Source: Candidatus Micrarchaeota archaeon
Lineage (GTDB): Archaea > Micrarchaeota > Micrarchaeia > Anstonellales > Bilamarchaeaceae
Assembly: GCA_040753215.1 (NCBI GenBank)
Contig: JBFMEZ010000013.1
Coordinates: forward strand, 1-64,000
Length of the DNA stretch: 64,000 nt
Direction: 5' to 3'
The first letter of the stretch is position 1; each line of letters opens with the position of its first letter. Shown here in pieces: positions 59,072 to 64,000 of the stretch. A program made the position numbers and the translations under genes. The notes under the pieces are model-generated. The model was not told the DNA's origin and made no database searches. It worked only from the letters and a program-made list of their open reading frames with translations.

Positions 59072-59091
59072 CGAGCACGCCGGAAGGCGAG
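59072..59091 (+). repeat. Module-boundary direct repeat, copy 3
   Basis: 20-nt identity CGAGCACGCCGGAAGGCGAG with copy 1. Confidence 0.85.
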
Positions 59092-59194
59092 GAAAAAGTT
59101 TGGAAACTTTGTCCGCTACTGGAAATCCCGGATTCCCGATTCAAGAATGAGAGACTATATCCTATCCTCATTAGTGAGAGAGTTCTCACTAATG

Positions 59195-59402
59195 TTAGTC
59201 CCGGACTTCATATGCAATTAGATTATCAAATTCCCGGTTTCTGCAGTAAGGCAGGGATGCGGCCAGATCTATTGCTTCTTCCTTCGAACCCGCTTCCACC
59301 CTACCGATAACGACCGCATCTTCGGTTTCCCCGAACGCCATTCTTCATCAGAAATTCGGTTCTGACCGATTTTCCAACTTCCAATACTATGTAGTTTGCC
59401 AT
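59195..59402 (-). pseudogene. Small frameshifted gene (~68 aa)
   Basis: GAGGTG RBS, MANYIVLEV.., continuing in another frame as ETEDAVVIGRVEAGSKEEAIDLA..; span 208 nt. Confidence 0.5.
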
Positions 59403-59536
59403 GCGAACACCTCAACCCGCCCGCTTCGGTCCGCGCCTTTCCAATTTTTCCATCCAGGCATTTATGTACAAGAGCGAGGCTTCTTCCCAGTCCGCGAACT
59501 CAGCTTTCATTTCTCGGATTTCTTTTTTTGAAGGTT

Positions 59537-60883
59537 TCATTTCCCGACCACCTTCCAATACCCTCCCTTATCCGGCCCGAAGTGCCTTATTTTGCCCGCC
59601 TTCTTAAGCCTTTCAAGGTGGTATTTCACTCCATCTTCGGTGATTCCAATTATCCCGGCAAGCTCTTTGCGCGAAACCATCGGATTATTACTAATCGCCT
59701 CAAGGATTTTCTGGGTAGTTTTCTGGGTAGTTTTCTGGGTAGTTTCTGGGTGGCGCATCGAAGGCTTATGGGCCTTTGGCCTGAAGAATACAACCCTGAA
59801 ACCAGTCTTCATTTTCTTGAATTCCACTTTTACTCCATTTGCCTTGCACTCGTCATAAATCCTCTTCAGGCCGGAACCCCATCTCTCAATATCCTTGCTG
59901 CGGAAAAGCGCTTCTGCAATGAGAGGATTGCGTGGAATGGATGGCTCATTCCTGAATATGTAGTCCTCGGGCTCAAGATTTTCAGGAAACGTGCCCGGGT
60001 TGTCTATTTCTATGCGGTCTTTGTATATCGCGATATAATTGCTCTGCGGAGAGCTATAATCCCTATGGCATAGGGAATTCACTATGGCTTCACGAAGCGC
60101 ATCCAGGGGTATCTCCGGTATCTCTTCGCGCTCAAGCTTTCCGAATTTTACCCTCCAGGTGATATTCTTTTTGACGTACTCCGCCGAATCCTTCAGCAAT
60201 CCAAACAAACTCTGCCCCTCAAACTGCTGGATATCCAAGAAAGTGAGCTTCTCAACACCTGCAAAAACCGCCGCCTGCACTTTAACGGGGTTCTTGGAGG
60301 AAAAAAGGACCTGCGCAGCCCGCAATACCCTTCCGTTTCTCATCAGCCCCAGCTTTCCAAGCGTGGCTTCCACGCTTTGGAAGCCAAAATCAATCCTTCC
60401 CGCTTCGTTTGCCTTTTTTACGAACTCCCTGGCGAGCCGGGAATCAATATCCTTAATGCTGCAATCCGACAATTGATTATCCCACTGCATCTTGTCCTTG
60501 TTCTTGTAAAGGATAAGTTTCTCCAGCTCTGAAGCGCTTACCTGGCGGTCCTCGTCGCCAACGCGCATATACGCCCTGCCAAATGCGAAATAAGGGCGAG
60601 CATCCCCGGAAAACGAAACGTAGATGCACTCAGAACCATCTATTTTCACCTTTTTTATTTCTGGGTATATCTTGGGTTCAATATTGTCTGAAATAAACTG
60701 CGAAACATCGCGGAGCGTCTTCTCATTAACCAGTTGCCCAACAACCTCCCCATCATTCTTTATTCCGAAATAAAGCTCACCGGCGCCATGCTTGTTCAGG
60801 ATGGAAACTATGGATATGGCTGCCTCCTTCAGTTCCGATGTGGACCTCTTCAACTCAAGAACCTCGTTCTCCCTAAACTTCAT
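59537..60883 (-). CDS. Schlafen/AlbA_2 + HATPase_c_4 + HTH protein
   Basis: LELK, LN..GELYFGI.NDG, REAIVN..HRDY, NPG, RNP.IA, GSG, C-terminal HTH. Confidence 0.9.
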   Translation of the reverse strand: MKFRENEVLELKRSTSELKEAAISIVSILNKHGAGELYFGIKNDGEVVGQLVNEKTLRDVSQFISDNIEPKIYPEIKKVKIDGSECIYVSFSGDARPYFAFGRAYMRVGDEDRQVSASELEKLILYKNKDKMQWDNQLSDCSIKDIDSRLAREFVKKANEAGRIDFGFQSVEATLGKLGLMRNGRVLRAAQVLFSSKNPVKVQAAVFAGVEKLTFLDIQQFEGQSLFGLLKDSAEYVKKNITWRVKFGKLEREEIPEIPLDALREAIVNSLCHRDYSSPQSNYIAIYKDRIEIDNPGTFPENLEPEDYIFRNEPSIPRNPLIAEALFRSKDIERWGSGLKRIYDECKANGVKVEFKKMKTGFRVVFFRPKAHKPSMRHPETTQKTTQKTTQKILEAISNNPMVSRKELAGIIGITEDGVKYHLERLKKAGKIRHFGPDKGGYWKVVGK

Positions 60884-61037
60884 ATTCCGGCCCTCCAGAA
60901 ACTGCCGTGCAGCTTCTTTTATTCCATCGTTTAAAAAGGTTCTTGGGGTTCTTTTCCGTTATCAATTAAACCCCAGACTTCAGTTTGCCTTAATAGCAAA
61001 TGATAACATTTTTTTGTTATCAATTGTTATATATCGG

Positions 61038-61447
61038 TCAAATCCCCTCCTGCATCTTCCTCACCTTCTCCAGCAGTTCATCATTATTCGCCCTCTCAAT
61101 GCTCTCATAAAGCTCGTTCTTTGCAGTATGCACGTAAATCATCGTAGTCTGCAAGTTCGTATGCCGTGCAAACTTTGAGGCCAGAGCCACATTCCCCCCA
61201 TTCTTCCTGCAGAAATTAGTAATCGCATAATGCCGAAGGCTATGGGTGCTCAACCTATACAGCGTCTTAGGACTTTCCCCAACGCTGTACCCGTAAACCT
61301 CATCCAGCTTGGCCTTCTTCACGTATTTCATGAAAAATTTCCTTGCGGTCTGGGAGGTGATGTATGGCTTTGTCTTGTCTGTCTTCGTCCCCTCCTCAAG
61401 GGAGAAGAAGAGGCTGCCTTGCCGAAAGGGATTGCGCTCTGCTGCAA
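61038..61447 (-). pseudogene. C-terminal fragment of a tyrosine recombinase/integrase
   Basis: HSLRH, ARH, TTMIY catalytic motifs; N-terminal domains and first catalytic Arg missing. Confidence 0.8.
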
Positions 61448-61494
61448 TCCGGAAACTCGAAACCAGGCACGGGAAACCCGTTCTTTCCGGCATT

Positions 61495-62115
61495 CTATTC
61501 TTTTTCCGGCGCAACAATCCTTTTTGCTAGGAAGAGAATTCTCAGCACGACCTCCAGCCCCATGAGCATGAGGAAAAACGGAAGCGCATCCCCTATGAGC
61601 TCCGCCATCTCCGCCAGCCGCTGCTCTATTATAAGCGGGGAGAATGTGGTCGGGGATGCGAGGAAAACCGCAAAAAGCGCTATGGGCACGGTTTTCGCCA
61701 CATCAACCGCGATGTCCTCGTCCAAGTACGAGCAGATTCTTGTGGCTGCGACAAGCGATATCGAGATGAACATCATATCCGCAATGGAGGCGGTCTTGGA
61801 TATGAAATAGAGGAATATGGTAAGCACGACGAACCAGACGAAAACCGCGAGAGGAAAGACAATCACGTACTCCAGCCCGAACTTCACCCTCTCCAGGACC
61901 TGCGGCACGAAGCCCTTGCCGACCTTCTTCCAGTCTATCTCGAATATGTTTCTCCTTGAGAAGGTTTTCCAGAATGTCCCGATGACGAGCGCATAGATGG
62001 TTATGGTGAGCACCATCATGGCCACGTTCGCCGTGCCCGCACCCAGCTGCGCCTGCAGCTGCGAGTAGAAGTTCCCGGCCGCTTCCGCCGCAACAAGAGT
62101 AAGGCTCTCTGCCAT
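61495..62115 (-). CDS. Membrane protein of unknown function
   Basis: About five TM helices, host-like codon use. Confidence 0.75.
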   Translation of the reverse strand: MAESLTLVAAEAAGNFYSQLQAQLGAGTANVAMMVLTITIYALVIGTFWKTFSRRNIFEIDWKKVGKGFVPQVLERVKFGLEYVIVFPLAVFVWFVVLTIFLYFISKTASIADMMFISISLVAATRICSYLDEDIAVDVAKTVPIALFAVFLASPTTFSPLIIEQRLAEMAELIGDALPFFLMLMGLEVVLRILFLAKRIVAPEKE

Positions 62116-62181
62116 GCGCCTGATAATCAGAAAAAGGTTAAATCGTTTGCCATTGTAACCATGGTTACATTACAATTCATT

Positions 62182-63495
62182 GTGAACTACCACCGGTCAA
62201 AGACCGGTGGCTTCCTGCTTCATAGAAGATACTTGCCCATTATGTTTATAATGGGTAGAGGTCTCCTCTCTGCAGGCGTTACTTCCCACAGTTCCTGCGG
62301 TAGCCATTTTTGCCAAACGGCCAGCTTGCTCGGTCGACCGTTTGGCAAACCTGAGTATGTTTATTGCTGCATTGAGGTCGCGGTGCATGGATGCGCCGCA
62401 TGCGCATTTATGCCATCTCTCTGCAAGCGATTTCTTCTGCACCAAACCGCAGCTGCTGCACGTCTGTGTTGTATGGGCAGGCTCAACCAGCACAACTTCG
62501 CAACCAGCACTCTCAGCCTTGTATGCGAGCATGCTGCTAAATTCCGCCCAGCTGCAGTCCAGTACGGATTTTGCAAGGAATCCTTTTGCCAATCCTTTTG
62601 TATTCAGGTTTTCCATTGCAATGAAAGAATATTTTTCCACCAGCTTCCTGCTTGTTTTATGAAGGAAGTCCCTTCTTCGGTTCGCCAACTTTTCATAAGC
62701 CGATGCAACCTTCAGCCTTGCCTTTCTTCTGTTTTTGCTTCCCTTCTTTTTCCCGGAAAGGAAACGCTGCGCACTCTCCAGTTTTTCTTCGGCATTTTTC
62801 AGGTGCCGCGGGTTTTCCAGCATCGTTCCATCGCTGAGGCATGCGAAGTTCTCAATTCCAAGGTCGATTCCAACAGGCGGGCCGTCTTTCTTGGGAACCC
62901 GCTTCTCTTCTATTTCTGAAGTGAAAATGGCAAACCATTTCCCTGAAGGCATCCTCTTTATCGTGAGGGTCTTTATTTTTCCTGCAATTTCCCTGTGCTT
63001 TTCGATTTGGATTTTGCCTATTCCCGAAAGTTCAAGCTTTTCATCCAGTACGAAGCCAAACTGTGGATATGTAAATGATTTCATCCTTTCCATGGTTTTG
63101 AACCTCGGGAAGCCTGCCTTCATGCCTGCTTTCCTTTTGAGCATCATGCCCCTCAGGCATTTTACGAGCCTGTCTGCAACGTTCTGCGCAACCTGGGAGA
63201 ATAATGGTGTTCCTTTTGTCTGCAAATAGAGCTGCTGGCGCGTTGGAAATTTTCCTGTTTCCTTATAATATTTTTTTGTGTATTCTAGAAGGGAATTCCA
63301 CAGCTCTTTGCACTCATGGAGGCATTCGCCCATTTGCTTTTCCTGGGACCTGGATGTGTAGAGCCGGAATTTCCATGCCCTTGTTCGCATATGCGACTCT
63401 GGCGCACGGCGGTTTATAAGGATTTCCCGGGTGTGATTCCAGTAATCGTTTATGGAGATTTTTGCATCCACCGGTCGCAGACCGGTGGAATTAAG
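62182..63495 (-). mobile_element. IS200/IS605-family element carrying tnpB only; ends approximate
   Basis: Matching subterminal hairpins CCACCGGTC-N3-GACCGGTGG at 62190-62210 and 63468-63488; TTCAC right end. Confidence 0.85.
62197..63390 (-). CDS. tnpB: TnpB RNA-guided endonuclease
   Basis: KFRLY, GFPRFK, GIDLG, MENL, CSSC..CAC, RDLNAAINI. Confidence 0.95.
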   Translation of the reverse strand: MRTRAWKFRLYTSRSQEKQMGECLHECKELWNSLLEYTKKYYKETGKFPTRQQLYLQTKGTPLFSQVAQNVADRLVKCLRGMMLKRKAGMKAGFPRFKTMERMKSFTYPQFGFVLDEKLELSGIGKIQIEKHREIAGKIKTLTIKRMPSGKWFAIFTSEIEEKRVPKKDGPPVGIDLGIENFACLSDGTMLENPRHLKNAEEKLESAQRFLSGKKKGSKNRRKARLKVASAYEKLANRRRDFLHKTSRKLVEKYSFIAMENLNTKGLAKGFLAKSVLDCSWAEFSSMLAYKAESAGCEVVLVEPAHTTQTCSSCGLVQKKSLAERWHKCACGASMHRDLNAAINILRFAKRSTEQAGRLAKMATAGTVGSNACREETSTHYKHNGQVSSMKQEATGL

Positions 63496-63525
63496 GCTTT
63501 AAACCTTCCTTCAGAAACAGGAGCC

Positions 63526-64000
63526 ATGGACGAATTAGGCGTAAACCGCAACCTCCCTGTCCTGCGCCTGAACCGCGTGAGCACCGGAATCTCGCAGTTC
63601 GACATAATGCTGGACGGGGGCTACAAGAACCCCGCCACGGTAGCCATCCTGGGCCCGACAGGCCCGGAGAGGAGGGTGTTCGCCTTCCATTTCGTATCCG
63701 CGGGCATACAGGCAGGCGACAAAATCCTTTACATAACCACCGACCGGACCCCGGATGAGCTGGAAAAGCTCGCAGGCGAATTCGGGATCAGCATAAAATC
63801 CGACCTTGTGAAATACCTGGACTGCTATTCGCTGACCGTATCAACGCAGGCCCCTGCCGTGCCGAGGCCCAACATTGTCCAGATAAGCAGCCCCTCCGCC
63901 CTCAACGAACTCTCCCTCGCAATAAACGAGGCGCTCGAGCAGATGCAGGCGAAAAGGCTGCGCGTGGTCTTCCACTCCTTCTCCACGCTCGGTGTGCACT
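63526..64000 (+). CDS. KaiC/RAD55-like RecA-fold protein (partial)
   Basis: VSTGISQFDIMLDGG, ILGPTGPERR, LYITTD, YLDCYS; GGAG RBS; runs off the window. Confidence 0.8.
   Translation, partial: MDELGVNRNLPVLRLNRVSTGISQFDIMLDGGYKNPATVAILGPTGPERRVFAFHFVSAGIQAGDKILYITTDRTPDELEKLAGEFGISIKSDLVKYLDCYSLTVSTQAPAVPRPNIVQISSPSALNELSLAINEALEQMQAKRLRVVFHSFSTLGVH

Larger units (their letters stand above)
49707..61457. mobile_element. Genomic island / decayed integrative element beside tRNA-Ile
   Basis: TCCGGAAACT at both ends, integrase remnant, visibly more AT-rich cargo, no heptamer tracts seen inside. Confidence 0.65.

Noticed and set aside
59707..59751. 12-bp tandem repeat encoding TTQK units
   Set aside because: A common variable linker before the HTH in this protein family
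49717..61457. SSV-type split integrase (N-part at the left end, C-part at the right end)
   Set aside because: Joining at TCCGGAAACT puts the two ORFs in different frames, the left ORF is far too short, and no tRNA-derived att copy was found

Overview
Archaeal genomic window, most likely DPANN (Micrarchaeota-like). This is inferred from separate priL/priS genes, an archaeal HMG-CoA synthase/thiolase/DUF35 cluster, Pus10, deoxyhypusine synthase, DTD2, BHB-type tRNA introns, tRNA-Ile(UAU) and a stand-alone 5S rRNA. From left to right it holds a copper-resistance cluster, a serK-serC-serA-like serine operon, several toxin-antitoxin pairs, housekeeping genes, a run of orphan alpha-helical genes with alpha-SNAP-like repeats, four intron-containing tRNAs, a ~11.7 kb island next to tRNA-Ile and a tnpB-only IS200/IS605 element. 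Three observations stand out. (1) The island carries two ~4 kb cassette-like modules, each with three enzyme genes plus a divergent regulator, delimited by three direct copies of the 3' arm of a ~185-nt rod-like hairpin, with a truncated tyrosine recombinase at the far end. (2) A dispersed heptamer repeat (NGTTTCC/GGAAACN) occurs between genes, in frame inside proteins, at both island ends, and forms most of a tRNA intron. (3) A palindromic element sits in frame inside dtdA and has a second, intergenic copy. All calls come from reading the sequence and recalling family motifs; no database searches were run.
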